Notes: generated by a model not told the origin, from the sequence alone. A stretch of DNA of 64,000 nt from an uncultured Gemmatimonadales bacterium (GCA_963809895.1 CAWELD010000003.1:3264001-3328000); one strand, 5' to 3'. Counted from the first letter of the stretch, positions 39,190 to 49,262 are shown. Numbers and translations: made by a program.

Positions 39190-40409
39190 CTCGACAGCTC
39201 GCCGCGATCCTCCTCATGGCGTGCGCCCTTCAGGCGTGTCGCTCCGCTGACGACGAATCGGCCGGTGCGCCGGACCGCCAGCCGCTCTGGGGCGACTCTC
39301 TGGTTCTCGTCGAGCAGCTCCGCTTGGGCAGCCTCGATGGCGACGCGGTGAGCGCGTTCGGCGAGATCGCGGGTGTGGCACCCACACCGGATGGATCGGT
39401 CTACGTGGCCGACGGTCAGCGTCGGACCATCAAGAGGTTCGAGAGCGACGGCACGTACGCGGGTGACATAGGTGGGCCAGGACAAGGTCCGGGGGAGTTC
39501 CAGTCGGTGGCGGCACTCGGTGTGATGCCGGATGGAACGCTCATCGTCGTCGACGACGCGTTGAGTCGCGTCAGCCGATTCGCGGGCGACGGCGAGTTCA
39601 TGTCATCGACGCCCATCGACCGTGTCGCACCCGACGACGCGGCATTCGCTCTGGCCCGTGACGGCACCATCTACACTCGTCTCATGAAGCCGCCGGGCAC
39701 CGAATTCGTGTACGATGCCCAGGGCATGCTGGACTATGCCTCTCCCTTCGATTGGGGATCGGTCGCCCCCGACGGCACGACCACTCGCATCGCGCCGGTG
39801 TCCCTCGAGAACATCCAGGGACCCCGATATGTCATCACCGGACGCGGCGGCCCGTATCGGCCCATGGTCACCATGACCGTCTCCACCATCGGCCCCGACG
39901 GCAGCGTCTACTGGGCGCGAAATGACCAGTACCGCGTCTTTCGCCGCACCCTGGCGGGTGATACCACCGTGATCGAGCGCGTAGCGGATCCCATCGACCT
40001 CACGGACGAGGAGCTGGAGGAGTGGCAGGCTCGCTCGGAATCGATGGCGGAGAAGGATCCCGAACACCGGGAGCGGTTCTTCCCGATCCCCACCGAGAAG
40101 CCATTCATCCGCACACTGAGGGTGGATCTGGACGGACGGCTGTGGGTGTCGCGACACACGTCTCCCACCTACGTGGAGTATTCACCGGAGGAGCGGGCTC
40201 GACGGGAGGATGAGGGCCTCCCGACGTTTCACTGGCGGGACCGATTGACCTGGGACGTCTTCGATGACGACGGCATCCTTCTGGGCTCGGTGACCTTCCC
40301 CGACCAGACCTCGTTCCTCGCCGCCCAGGGCATGGATGTCTGGGGCGTGCAGGAGGGCGAGTACGGCGAGGACTACGTCGTCCGATGGAGGATCGAGCCG
40401 GCGTCGTGA
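39186..40409 (+). CDS. 6-bladed beta-propeller lipoprotein
   Basis: LQAC lipobox; GGPGQGPGEF; VDLDGRLWV; EYGEDYVVRWRI. Confidence 0.87.
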   Translation: MTRQLAAILLMACALQACRSADDESAGAPDRQPLWGDSLVLVEQLRLGSLDGDAVSAFGEIAGVAPTPDGSVYVADGQRRTIKRFESDGTYAGDIGGPGQGPGEFQSVAALGVMPDGTLIVVDDALSRVSRFAGDGEFMSSTPIDRVAPDDAAFALARDGTIYTRLMKPPGTEFVYDAQGMLDYASPFDWGSVAPDGTTTRIAPVSLENIQGPRYVITGRGGPYRPMVTMTVSTIGPDGSVYWARNDQYRVFRRTLAGDTTVIERVADPIDLTDEELEEWQARSESMAEKDPEHRERFFPIPTEKPFIRTLRVDLDGRLWVSRHTSPTYVEYSPEERARREDEGLPTFHWRDRLTWDVFDDDGILLGSVTFPDQTSFLAAQGMDVWGVQEGEYGEDYVVRWRIEPAS

Positions 40410-40514
40410 TCCCGCGGCGCGACAGGGACACCGCGCCCCGTAAGAATCCCCCCTCCAACCGCGACCAATCCCTACGAAAGCCGACTCACCGCTCTCGAGC
40501 AGGCGGACACTGGT

Positions 40515-41006
40515 GTGACCTCCGAGGACGAGTTCAGGGCCCTCATCGACGAGTACCACGCGGCGCTGCACCGCATCGCCGGAGTCTACGCGGGCGCCAG
40601 CGGGGAGCAGGACGACCTCCAGCAGGAGATCCTCCTGCAGCTGTGGCGATCCTTCGATTCGTTTCGTGGGGATTCCAGGCCAGGCACCTGGCTCTACCGG
40701 GTCGCCCTGAACACGGCGCTGACCTGGCAGCGGAAGGCCACCAGGCGGGCCAGGCGCGAGGAATCGCCCGCACCGAGCCCCGACGAGAGACCCAACAGCG
40801 GCCACACCTCGATCCGCTCCCAGAAGCAGATCCTCGCCGAGTTCCTCGATGTCGTGGAGGGGCCCGATCGCTGGGTGCTGCTCCTCTACATGGAAGGCCT
40901 CAAGTACCAGGAGATCGCCGAGGTGACCGGACTGAGCGAGAGCGCGGTCGGCGTGCGCATCCACCGGATGAAGAAGGCGTTCACCGACCGCTACCTGGAG
41001 CCGTGA
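40515..41006 (+). CDS. ECF RNA polymerase sigma factor
   Basis: DDLQQEILLQLWRS...TWLYRVALN; EGLKYQEIAEVTGLS...VRIHR. Confidence 0.93.
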   Translation: MTSEDEFRALIDEYHAALHRIAGVYAGASGEQDDLQQEILLQLWRSFDSFRGDSRPGTWLYRVALNTALTWQRKATRRARREESPAPSPDERPNSGHTSIRSQKQILAEFLDVVEGPDRWVLLLYMEGLKYQEIAEVTGLSESAVGVRIHRMKKAFTDRYLEP

Positions 41007-41009
41007 ACC

Positions 41010-41594
41010 ATGGAATTCGACGATCTCGTCAGGGTCTGGCGCGAACAAGACACGGGCGATGTCCGGCGCACCCGGATCGAGAGCCTTTCGGAGCTGCGCG
41101 GACGCGCGACCCGGACCGAGGCAAACTCCCGAAAGGGCTTTCGGCGAGCGGCCATCATCTGGCTCGTCATGGTGCCGTTGTTCACCTTCGGAGCCGTACA
41201 GGGCTTCCTCACCGGGAATCCCGATCGCCGGCATCGGCTTCACCATGTTGGTCGTGGGCTGCGCGGCACCCACCGTCTATCTCGTCCGCGACACGAGCTG
41301 CCCGAGCCCGAGCCCACACTTCCCGTACGGGCCGCGGTGGAGCAGGAGATCCAACGCCTCCGCATCGTGGGGCGTGCGATCCGCCGCATGATCGACTGGG
41401 TGGTGGGCTCGCTAGCCGTCGGGGGGTCCCTGGTGGCGCTGGCGTTGAACGCCCCGCTCAACGGCATCGTCATGAGCCTGGTGTTCATCCTGATCGCCCT
41501 CGCTGCGCGCAAGGCATGGCGCCGGCTCGCGGCGCGGGCACAGGCAGCGGGCAGCGAGTTGGAAAGCTGGATCGCCGACCTGGAACGGGTGTGA
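41010..41594 (+). CDS. putative membrane anti-sigma factor (internal compensating indels)
   Basis: MEFDDLVRVWR N-terminus; TM helices, one of them in frame 41059; lies directly after the ECF sigma. Confidence 0.7.
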   Translation: MEFDDLVRVWREQDTGDVRRTRIESLSELRGRATRTEANSRKGFRRAAIIWLVMVPLFTFGAVQGFLTGNPDRRHRLHHVGRGLRGTHRLSRPRHELPEPEPTLPVRAAVEQEIQRLRIVGRAIRRMIDWVVGSLAVGGSLVALALNAPLNGIVMSLVFILIALAARKAWRRLAARAQAAGSELESWIADLERV

Positions 41595-41613
41595 GGCGAA
41601 GGGCGTTCCCGGG

Positions 41614-42318
41614 CTAGGCGTCGTCTTCGGCCTCGGGCTCCGCGACGAGGGCGCTGACTCTTGCGGCGATCTGCTCGAACTGGGTCTGGCGCTCGTCGCC
41701 CCACCGGGGGAGCGTGAGGAGATTCCGCCCCACCATCGCGACCGCCGCCACCACGAGGATCAGGATTGGACTCAAATCCTCGCTCAGCGCCGCCCCACCC
41801 TTGATCAGGTCCACCACCGTCAGCAGCGAGGCCATCCCCCCCAGCGCCATCCCCATGGTGTTGAGTCGCAGGGCGCTGCCGTTGACGGTGCCCATGCGCA
41901 GTCGGCCGCCGGACTCACCCGGCTCAACCGCGACGTAGAGGTTGCCGTTCCGCCACTCCCGGAATCCCCCGTGCACCTCGACGTGCCCCTTGGCCTGGAA
42001 CGTCCGCCGCAGGTCCCCCACGAGCGTGCCCCATTCGGTGTCGGTCAGCGTCCGCGGCAGCGAGAGCACGCGACCTGTGGAGACAGGCATCCCCAGGGAT
42101 CGACGGGCGGGCGGCGCAGCCTCCTGGACATGGAGGGCGGCGGCGGCCTCGGCGACCCTCTGGGGATCGATGCCGGCCTCGCGCGCCACCTCCTGCAGCT
42201 CCCGCAGCGTCAGCCCCGTCTCCTCGCGGCCAGCCGGCAACGCGGAGGAATCCGCCTCCACTGCCCGGTCGAGGATTCGCCGAATCTCCTCGTCTCCATA
42301 CCTGCGCTCATCGGTCAT
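41614..42318 (-). CDS. conserved hypothetical membrane protein
   Basis: RRYGDEEIRRILDRA...GLTLRELQEVAREAGIDP; 2 C-terminal TM. Confidence 0.8.
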   Translation of the reverse strand: MTDERRYGDEEIRRILDRAVEADSSALPAGREETGLTLRELQEVAREAGIDPQRVAEAAAALHVQEAAPPARRSLGMPVSTGRVLSLPRTLTDTEWGTLVGDLRRTFQAKGHVEVHGGFREWRNGNLYVAVEPGESGGRLRMGTVNGSALRLNTMGMALGGMASLLTVVDLIKGGAALSEDLSPILILVVAAVAMVGRNLLTLPRWGDERQTQFEQIAARVSALVAEPEAEDDA

Positions 42319-42488
42319 CCGTCACCCTCGCTCAAGCGGGTCCACTGTTCCGCCACTACAGTAGTCGCGTTGGTCATTGTCCCCAAGGAATCTTGCGGAA
42401 TCAGGGACACCGGGTGAGTTATGCGCCCACCCCCCGGGATGGAGCTCGTGGGCTCGAACAGCCTCGTTCCTCCCTCCTGGAGCGCACC

Positions 42489-43667
42489 ATGAGCAGGTTG
42501 AGCATGGGGGCCGGCCTTCTCGCCCTGGCCCTCGCAGAACCAGCAAGTGGACAGGCAATCCGTTGTCTCGTGCCTTTCGAGGCATCCCCCACCTCGGCCG
42601 ACTGTGTCGTGCATCAGGTGGCTGGCTCGTCTTCGGTCGATATCGTTCTGGAAGTGCGGAATGCGGCGGGGCAACCGGCCACCGCGCGCCGCCGCGTGTG
42701 GGCAGACTGGTCCGCAGGTTCCCTCGACTACACCCGCCGCACCGGCCCAGGCGGCGTGGTTCGCGCCACGCTCTCGGGTTCGATCAAATCGGACGTGGAG
42801 GTCGTCTTCCATGCTGGCTCCGCAGTCCGCAAGATCATCGTGAAGCCGGCCCAGCCGGCAGCGACACCACTCGAGATCGTGAGCGGTGATAAGCAATACT
42901 GGTTTCAGGGCTTCGAGCTTCACGACCCTCTGGTCGTGAGGTTGACCGGCCTGTCCGACGAAAGCCAGTGCAAGAAGACGCCGGTGGCATTCCGTACGGT
43001 CGCCGGAGGAAAGATCATGGCGGACACCGTCTTCGGCGATCTGATCAACAAGGAGTGCCGAGCAGCGACCCGATGGACGCTCGACAACCGGGTCGGGTAC
43101 CAGGGTCTGCGGGCCGCGACCCCCGGAGATAAGAGCGGCGTGCTGTTCGAGGCGCGCTCGCGACGCCTTCCGAGGGTCTTTCTCGGCGCGTTCACGGGCT
43201 GGCGCCCGGGCTACGACAAACGGACGTCGAAGCCCGACACGGTCCTCGTCACCACCGACGCCGACGGGACCAAAGAGGTGACGAAGAGGATCGACAAGCA
43301 CTACGATGCAACGGACCAGGAGGCGGGACTCACCATCGACCCCGTGGTCGGCTTCGACTTTCCCCTCTGGTACAAGCTCGAGGCGTGGCGGGTGAGTGTG
43401 GGCGCGGCTGTAGACGATTTCGACCACGAGTGGTTCGTGGGTCTGTCGATCCTCCAGCCCACGCAGGGCTTCCTGCAGGAGGCCATGGGCATGGACCTGC
43501 ACTTCGCGCTGAAGATCCTCAAGCGGGACGAGGTCGTGGATCCGGATTCGTGTGCCGACAACACCTGCGTGACCAGGACCCGGACCCAGTTGGGGTTCGG
43601 GGTGATGGTGGTGACCGACGGGCTCGGGGTAGTCACGAATCTCATCAAGGCGCTGGGGGGAGGATGA
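42489..43667 (+). CDS. secreted protein with Ig-like domains and beta-strand-rich C-terminus
   Basis: Signal peptide; LEIVSGDKQ...PLVVR (Ig-like); amphipathic strands at the C-terminus. Confidence 0.7.
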   Translation: MSRLSMGAGLLALALAEPASGQAIRCLVPFEASPTSADCVVHQVAGSSSVDIVLEVRNAAGQPATARRRVWADWSAGSLDYTRRTGPGGVVRATLSGSIKSDVEVVFHAGSAVRKIIVKPAQPAATPLEIVSGDKQYWFQGFELHDPLVVRLTGLSDESQCKKTPVAFRTVAGGKIMADTVFGDLINKECRAATRWTLDNRVGYQGLRAATPGDKSGVLFEARSRRLPRVFLGAFTGWRPGYDKRTSKPDTVLVTTDADGTKEVTKRIDKHYDATDQEAGLTIDPVVGFDFPLWYKLEAWRVSVGAAVDDFDHEWFVGLSILQPTQGFLQEAMGMDLHFALKILKRDEVVDPDSCADNTCVTRTRTQLGFGVMVVTDGLGVVTNLIKALGGG

Positions 43668-44653
43668 GCGCTGTAGGTAGCCCCATGCGAAAGGCTCGCC
43701 GACGTTGGTCGCTGGCATCACTGACCGTCCTTTTCGTCCTTCCTTCGCCCGTGGTCGCGCAGTTCGCCGACCCGGGCACGGGCGAACTGCTCGGCTTCTC
43801 GGGAGCGGCCCACTTGTCCGGCGACCGGTACGTCATCGTCGTCGACACCAAGGACTTTCAGCCGGAGCGGAGGCTGGCGCTGCTCGGCATCGGCGCCGAC
43901 GACGTCACCTTCCAGACGCTGCCGGCCATCGACTGGAAAGATACGCGCGCAAAGGCGAGTGATCTGGAGGGCGTCTGTGCGGTGCCGGGCAAGCCGGGGG
44001 AGTTCCTGCTCACGGAGAGTGGATCGTGGCAGGGGAGGCCCGGGCGCATGTTTCGGGTATCGATCTCGGGGGATGCCGCGACAGTACAGGCGCACGTCGA
44101 TCTCCCGCTCATGGCTGACAACAATCTGAACACGGTGGGCGATCAGTACGAGGGCCTGGAGTGCGCGGCCGCGGGCGAGGACCGGGTGCTCGTGCTTCTC
44201 GGAGAGCGGGGCGGGAGTCCGGCGTATCCCCACGGACACATTCGCTGGGCTCACTACGACCTCTCCACCAACACCCTGACCTGGACCGACGCCGGACGGA
44301 CGGGCGTCGAAGTGGTCGCGCCGGGACAGTGGCTGCGGCCGTCCCACCGACACGTATCGGCCCTCTATCTCGACGACGGCGGGACGCTGTGGGCGTCTGC
44401 CACAGACGACGGTGGCGACACGGGTCCGTTCCGCTCGATCATCTATGCCGCTGCGGTGGTGTCTCCGACGAGTGCCGTCCCGGTGCGCCGCAACGAAGCG
44501 CCCAGCGTCGCATGGGAGGTGTCGGGATCCAAGATCGAGGGCCTGGCGCTGCCGCCGACCGTCTGGCGCTACGCCGTCATGCTGAGCGTGTCGGAAGACG
44601 AGCATCTGGGCGGCAGCGTTCAGGGGCTGGAGGCGGTGCTGCCGGGGCGCTGA
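43664..44653 (+). CDS. secreted beta-propeller (phytase-like/SdiA-regulated-type)
   Basis: Repeated acidic blade motifs DLEGV, QYEGL, KIEGL, SEDE; signal peptide. Confidence 0.65.
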   Translation: MSAVGSPMRKARRRWSLASLTVLFVLPSPVVAQFADPGTGELLGFSGAAHLSGDRYVIVVDTKDFQPERRLALLGIGADDVTFQTLPAIDWKDTRAKASDLEGVCAVPGKPGEFLLTESGSWQGRPGRMFRVSISGDAATVQAHVDLPLMADNNLNTVGDQYEGLECAAAGEDRVLVLLGERGGSPAYPHGHIRWAHYDLSTNTLTWTDAGRTGVEVVAPGQWLRPSHRHVSALYLDDGGTLWASATDDGGDTGPFRSIIYAAAVVSPTSAVPVRRNEAPSVAWEVSGSKIEGLALPPTVWRYAVMLSVSEDEHLGGSVQGLEAVLPGR

Positions 44654-44789
44654 GCAGTTGGCGCGCAGCGGTGGTGCCGCCCCCCGGCAGGTCGCGTTTC
44701 TTTCGCGGCATCCCGCAGCGGCGCATTGTGGGGTCGCACGCCCGGGGACACCGAGACCCCGAGCTGGCCCCGACCCTCTGGAGGTGCTC

Positions 44790-45428
44790 ATGCCCGGACA
44801 CCGACGGATCCTGCCTGTGCCGTACTTCGCCCAGCCGACGTCCATCACCTGTCAGTCCACCTGTCTGAAGATGTTCGCCAGCTACATCGAGTCGAACGTC
44901 CTCATGCAGAGCACGGGAGCCGGAGAGCGCGACATTCTGGACATCTGGAAAGACATCAACCGCGATCCGAAGCGTCCCCTGAAGATCCGGAACGCGCACG
45001 GAAACATGAAGTGGTGGCTGGAGAAGTACTTTCCGCGGCTGCGTTTCAGCTACACCACGCTCCATGACGAAACCCAGGCGAGCGCGGCCATCGTTCGCTT
45101 CATCGACGGCGGCTTTCCGGTGATGGTGAGCGTGAGCCATGCGCGGGTCGCAGGCCACATCATCCTGGTGGTGGGCTACGAGGGCTACCTGCCGAACGCC
45201 TCGTCACCCGACTTCCACCTCGTGGTCCACGACCCGTACGGCAAATTCGATCCGACTCTGACCTCGCGGATCTTCGGTCGGCGCCGGTTCGAGGGTGGCA
45301 GCTCGCTCGTGGCGGGCGGACAGATCGGTCCGGGCCAGTCCAACCGGGTGCCCGTGGGGAGCGCCGGACGTCAGCGTGCCGGCGACAAGCGTCGGGGAAC
45401 GTTCTACCTCATCTCGGCGCAGCGGTAG
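44790..45428 (+). CDS. C39-like papain-fold peptidase
   Basis: LPVPYFAQPTSITCQSTC (Q, C), GHIILVVGY (H), VHDPYG (D). Confidence 0.85.
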   Translation: MPGHRRILPVPYFAQPTSITCQSTCLKMFASYIESNVLMQSTGAGERDILDIWKDINRDPKRPLKIRNAHGNMKWWLEKYFPRLRFSYTTLHDETQASAAIVRFIDGGFPVMVSVSHARVAGHIILVVGYEGYLPNASSPDFHLVVHDPYGKFDPTLTSRIFGRRRFEGGSSLVAGGQIGPGQSNRVPVGSAGRQRAGDKRRGTFYLISAQR

Positions 45429-45453
45429 GCGGTCGCCCGGTGCTGTCCCGACC

Positions 45454-45660
45454 GTGAACCGACCACGACGTCGAAGCGCGAAGCCCTTGATCCGCGGGGG
45501 GCTGATCGGTCGCGCCATCGTCAAGGTCACGTCGGGATTCATGGTCGGTGGCGCGCTGCTGGCCGCGGTCCTGGGAGAATGGCGCTCCGCCGGGGAGCTC
45601 GGCGTCATCGGAGTCGTGCTGATCGTGGCGCTGATCTGGGACCGACCCGGTCGCGGGTGA
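45454..45660 (+). CDS. small 2-TM protein
   Basis: Hydrophobic hairpin. Confidence 0.5.
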   Translation: MNRPRRRSAKPLIRGGLIGRAIVKVTSGFMVGGALLAAVLGEWRSAGELGVIGVVLIVALIWDRPGRG

Positions 45661-45699
45661 TCGGAGGTGCACCGCAACCCGATCTGAATCCCCCCTCTC

Positions 45700-45745
45700 C
45701 CACTCCGTTCAAACCTTTTTGCTTACATTGTCGTCATAGAAGTCA
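45700..45745 (+). promoter_or_regulatory. AT-rich promoter/operator upstream of PadR
   Basis: AAACCTTTTTGCTTACATTGTCGTCATAGAAG in a GC-rich background, followed by AAAGGAG RBS. Confidence 0.5.
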
Positions 45746-45759
45746 AAGGAGACGACGAC

Positions 45760-46092
45760 GTGAGCAACGACCCCTTCATCGGTGAGCTGGAGCAGATGCT
45801 CCTCCTGGCGATTCTGCGTCAGGGGGATCGGGCCTATGGCGCGGCCCTCATCCGCGAGCTGAAAGCCACCGCCGGGCGCCGCGTGGCCCGAGGCAGCGTC
45901 TACGTCACCCTGGACCGCATGGAGGCCAAGGGATGGCTGGAGTCCCGGGCATCCGAGCCCCGCCCGGAGCGCGGCGGGCGCCCCCGGCGCCTGCTCCGGG
46001 TCACACCCGAGGGGATCGCGGAGCTCCGGCGTTCCCGCGAGGCGCTCCTCAGCCTGTGGGACGGCGTGGAAGCCGTCCTGGAGGAGGGCTGA
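45760..46092 (+). CDS. PadR family transcriptional regulator (ADOP-associated type)
   Basis: GELEQMLLLAIL, AYGAAL, GSVYVTLDRMEAKG, RGGRPRR. Confidence 0.93.
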   Translation: MSNDPFIGELEQMLLLAILRQGDRAYGAALIRELKATAGRRVARGSVYVTLDRMEAKGWLESRASEPRPERGGRPRRLLRVTPEGIAELRRSREALLSLWDGVEAVLEEG

Positions 46093-46574
46093 TGGGGCGG
46101 GACCACGATCCCGGTCCGCCGCGCTGGGCCGCGTCGTTGCTGCGAAGCGTCCTGACCCCCGGACTCTCGAGCGACGGAATCCTCGGGGATCTCCACGAGG
46201 AGTTTCTCGAACGTGCCGAGCGGTCGTTGACGCTGGCCCGCGTCTGGTATGCGACGGAACGTCTGCGGGCGTCGTCGGTGGAGTCGTGGCGAAGTGCCGC
46301 GAAGTCTGCGGGCGTCGTCGGTGGAGTCGTGGCGAGTGCCGCGAATCGCGCAAGCGGGGCGCGCTGGCGGCTGCACGTCGCCCTGGCGGCGACTATTGTG
46401 GTCCGGGCTGCGAGCAGCGGCATCCCATTCCGCGCGTGGTCGGTTCGCGGCAATTATCCCCGCCGAGCCCGCACGGCTTCGACGGCGGGGGACGTTTGCG
46501 GGATTGACGGCGACAACAGGGTCGAGCCAGGCCGCGGCGAGTGGCCCCGGAGGAGGATGGGAGGAACGCGATGA
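46092..46574 (+). pseudogene. truncated ADOP permease N-terminal prefix
   Basis: PPRWAASLLR...ILGDLHEEF...ARVWY is typical of permease prefixes after PadR; it degenerates at a tandem duplication. Confidence 0.65.
46261..46345 (+). repeat. 43/42-bp tandem duplication
   Basis: GTCTGCGGGCGTCGTCGGTGGAGTCGTGGCG(A)AGTGCCGCGAA twice. Confidence 0.95.
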
Positions 46575-47128
46575 GCCAGGACCTCAGAGACGTCGATCCT
46601 CGGTTCGGCATCGGGATGGGGATCCTGTCCCTGGCCGCAGGCGTCGTGATCATCCTGATCGCCCTGGACTGGATCCACGTCCCCCCGTCATCGATCCACG
46701 CCCCGCGCTGGGTGCTGGCGATCTGCGGTGGGGTGTTCGCGGTTCCCGGGGTCGCCATGCTCTACTACGGTATCGTCAACGGCTTCGGCGGCGAGGCGCG
46801 TCCACCAGGGGCCACGAGCCAGGACGGCTTCACCGTCGTCGGGTGGCTCGTGGGACTCGTGGTCATGTGCGGGGTGACGACGGTGGCATCGTGGATCGCC
46901 TTCGGCCCCGGAGAACGCACCTTCACCGGCGGAATCGGTGTCGGGGGCGTCGGCGTGGGTGGTCGCTCCTCGGGAACCGGAGGGCGCGTCGTCTTCGGCA
47001 TCGGTGCGGTGCTGACCGGAGTCCTCACGATCTGGGGGTTCATCTACGGAGTCCGCCGACTCTCGGGACGCCAGTCGGGCTCGAGCGGATCGGCGGAGCC
47101 CCGACAACGCGGAAGGCGCGGCGAATGA
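46571..47128 (+). CDS. membrane protein (4 TM)
   Basis: HAPRWV, WIAFGPGERTF; GGAGG RBS. Confidence 0.8.
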   Translation: MSQDLRDVDPRFGIGMGILSLAAGVVIILIALDWIHVPPSSIHAPRWVLAICGGVFAVPGVAMLYYGIVNGFGGEARPPGATSQDGFTVVGWLVGLVVMCGVTTVASWIAFGPGERTFTGGIGVGGVGVGGRSSGTGGRVVFGIGAVLTGVLTIWGFIYGVRRLSGRQSGSSGSAEPRQRGRRGE

Positions 47129-47466
47129 AGTACCACCACCTCGGAATCCCCACGCAGGAACGGCGCGAGGGCGAGCGCTACCTCCCCCGGTTCGGCATGT
47201 ACGTCTCCGGATACGAGACGAGCGAGTACGGCATCGAGTGGATGCGCTTCGACCCCGACAGTCCGTTGCCGGAGCTCGTGAAGACCGTGCCCCACGTCGC
47301 CTTTCAGGTGGCGGACCTGGATGCGGCCATCGAGGGCAAGGAGATCCTCATCGAGCCCAACAGCCCCGCCGAGGGCACGCGGGTGGCGTTCGTGGTCGAG
47401 AACGGTGCGCCGGTGGAGTTCATCGAGATCGCGGAGGCGGACGCGAGCCGGGGCCTGAACCGGTGA
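47125..47466 (+). CDS. VOC/glyoxalase-like protein
   Basis: YHHLGIPT, PHVAFQVADLDAAI, VAFV..NGAPVEFIE. Confidence 0.85.
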   Translation: MKYHHLGIPTQERREGERYLPRFGMYVSGYETSEYGIEWMRFDPDSPLPELVKTVPHVAFQVADLDAAIEGKEILIEPNSPAEGTRVAFVVENGAPVEFIEIAEADASRGLNR

Positions 47467-47579
47467 CCGTGGCGACGGTCTTCGCGCCGCCCGCTCCGAT
47501 GACGGCAACGGCGGCAGTGGCGTCGCGCCCCGGCACATCTCAGTCGGACCCTCGGCGCGGCGCCCGGTGTCCCACGAGC

Positions 47580-48026
47580 ATGCGCACGCGTTTCTCTCTC
47601 CTGATCGCCCTGCTTCTGGCATTGGCGCCGCAGCCGGCTCGCTCGCAGTCCATCCTCGACCTGCTGCGGAGCATCCAGCATGGCGGCGGCTGGGTGTCCA
47701 TCCCCATCGAGGCCGGCCACGGCACCTGGTCGAGCCAGGTGCTCCCGACCATGGAGCTTACGCTGGCCGGCTGCATGCAGGTCTATGCCGGGCACTCCGG
47801 CAGGTGGGATATCGTCGCCCGGGACTCCCTGGGCGACGGCCGCATGGAGGCGAAGGTCATCCCCGGAGAGAGGGTGCCGTTCAGCTACGAGACCGGCAAG
47901 CGAGCTCGGCTCACCCTCGACGCCCGTTGGAGCGAGTCCCGCGACACCACGCTCCTGCTTTGGGTGGGACTCCAGACCCCCGGCCGGAAACAGGACGTGT
48001 GTGAGCCGGTGTACGGGGGCGGGTGA
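47580..48026 (+). CDS. secreted hypothetical protein
   Basis: Signal peptide; two Cys. Confidence 0.7.
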   Translation: MRTRFSLLIALLLALAPQPARSQSILDLLRSIQHGGGWVSIPIEAGHGTWSSQVLPTMELTLAGCMQVYAGHSGRWDIVARDSLGDGRMEAKVIPGERVPFSYETGKRARLTLDARWSESRDTTLLLWVGLQTPGRKQDVCEPVYGGG

Positions 48027-48147
48027 GACCCGGTCCCCACACCTCCAGGTGGCCCCTGGTTGGGGACCCGCAACTTCCGGCGCGCGGAGCGTGTCGGAGA
48101 GCATAGGGGCATCTGCGCCTCGAGCCGCGAGTTCTCGCGGGAGCCGC

Positions 48148-49188
48148 ATGAGTCGTCTCAGGTCCGTTATCGTTGCCCTGGTTGTGGCCTGTGGTGCCAC
48201 CGCACCGCCGGCACATGCCCAGACGCTGGAGCCGATCGGCCTCCTGCCTTCGGACGGCTCCGTGCTCGGCGAGGTCGGAGACATGGACGTGCTTCCTGAC
48301 GGTCGCATCGTGGTCATGGACGTCCAGGCCCACGCGGTGCTCGTGTATTCCCCCGCCGGCCAACTACTGCAGACGCTCGGCGGCGAAGGGCAGGGACCGG
48401 GCGAGATCGGGCTCAGCGTAGAAGTCGAGGTGGGCCCCACGGGTCGGATCATGGTGGCGGACGCGGGTAACGCACGCCTCACCCTCTGGAACTCCGATGG
48501 CACCCTGGTCGGGTCTCGGAGTCTCGATGGGCTCCTGGGTGGCACCCCCCGGTGGCCGCACGAGCTGGTCTGGCAGGACTCGCTCCTCCTGCTTCGGGTC
48601 GCGGCGTTCACGCCCGGGGCCCCCGCGGAGGTCTTCTCCCTCCCGCCCGACCTGGAAGGCGAGGCGCACCGCATCGCAACAGTGCCAACTGGGGACGGAG
48701 GCGTGACGTGCGACTTCTGTCCCATGGCCGTGGATCCAGGTGGCTCGCTCGTCTTCGCGAAGGGCGACACCGCCTACGTGATCCGCCGTCTGGACGCGGA
48801 TGGCACCGTCGTCCGGGAGTGGACCCGCGGCGACCTCCCGGCGGCCCGACGCAGCGCAGCCGAGCGCCAACGTCTCGACGCAGCCGCGCACCGCATCGCC
48901 GGCGCGGAGGGAGGAGCCGCTGGCACCGGGGACTTCTCGGAGTTCAAGACGAGGTTCAGTCCGCATGGCCTCGACTTCGATGACGCCGGCCGGCTCTGGG
49001 CACTGCCCCGGACCGAGGAAGGCGCGACCGCGAGCTTCGACGTGTTCTCGGCGTCGGGACCTCGTCTCGGAGCAGTCGACGTGGATGCACCCCTGGTGCG
49101 CTTCCGCATCCGGGGAACCCGGCTCATCGCCTCCAGCGAGAACGCCATGGGCGAGCCGGTGGTCCGAGTATTCGAGATTCGGGAGTAG
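48148..49188 (+). CDS. 6-bladed beta-propeller
   Basis: Signal peptide; GGEGQGPGEI; FDDAGRLWA; NAMGEPVVRVFEI. Confidence 0.87.
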   Translation: MSRLRSVIVALVVACGATAPPAHAQTLEPIGLLPSDGSVLGEVGDMDVLPDGRIVVMDVQAHAVLVYSPAGQLLQTLGGEGQGPGEIGLSVEVEVGPTGRIMVADAGNARLTLWNSDGTLVGSRSLDGLLGGTPRWPHELVWQDSLLLLRVAAFTPGAPAEVFSLPPDLEGEAHRIATVPTGDGGVTCDFCPMAVDPGGSLVFAKGDTAYVIRRLDADGTVVREWTRGDLPAARRSAAERQRLDAAAHRIAGAEGGAAGTGDFSEFKTRFSPHGLDFDDAGRLWALPRTEEGATASFDVFSASGPRLGAVDVDAPLVRFRIRGTRLIASSENAMGEPVVRVFEIRE

Positions 49189-49262
49189 CGAGCGTCACTC
49201 TGGTCCGCGCAGCGCGTATGTGCTCATTGTGAGGGTGGTATCCTCCCGGTTCCGGGACTGCA

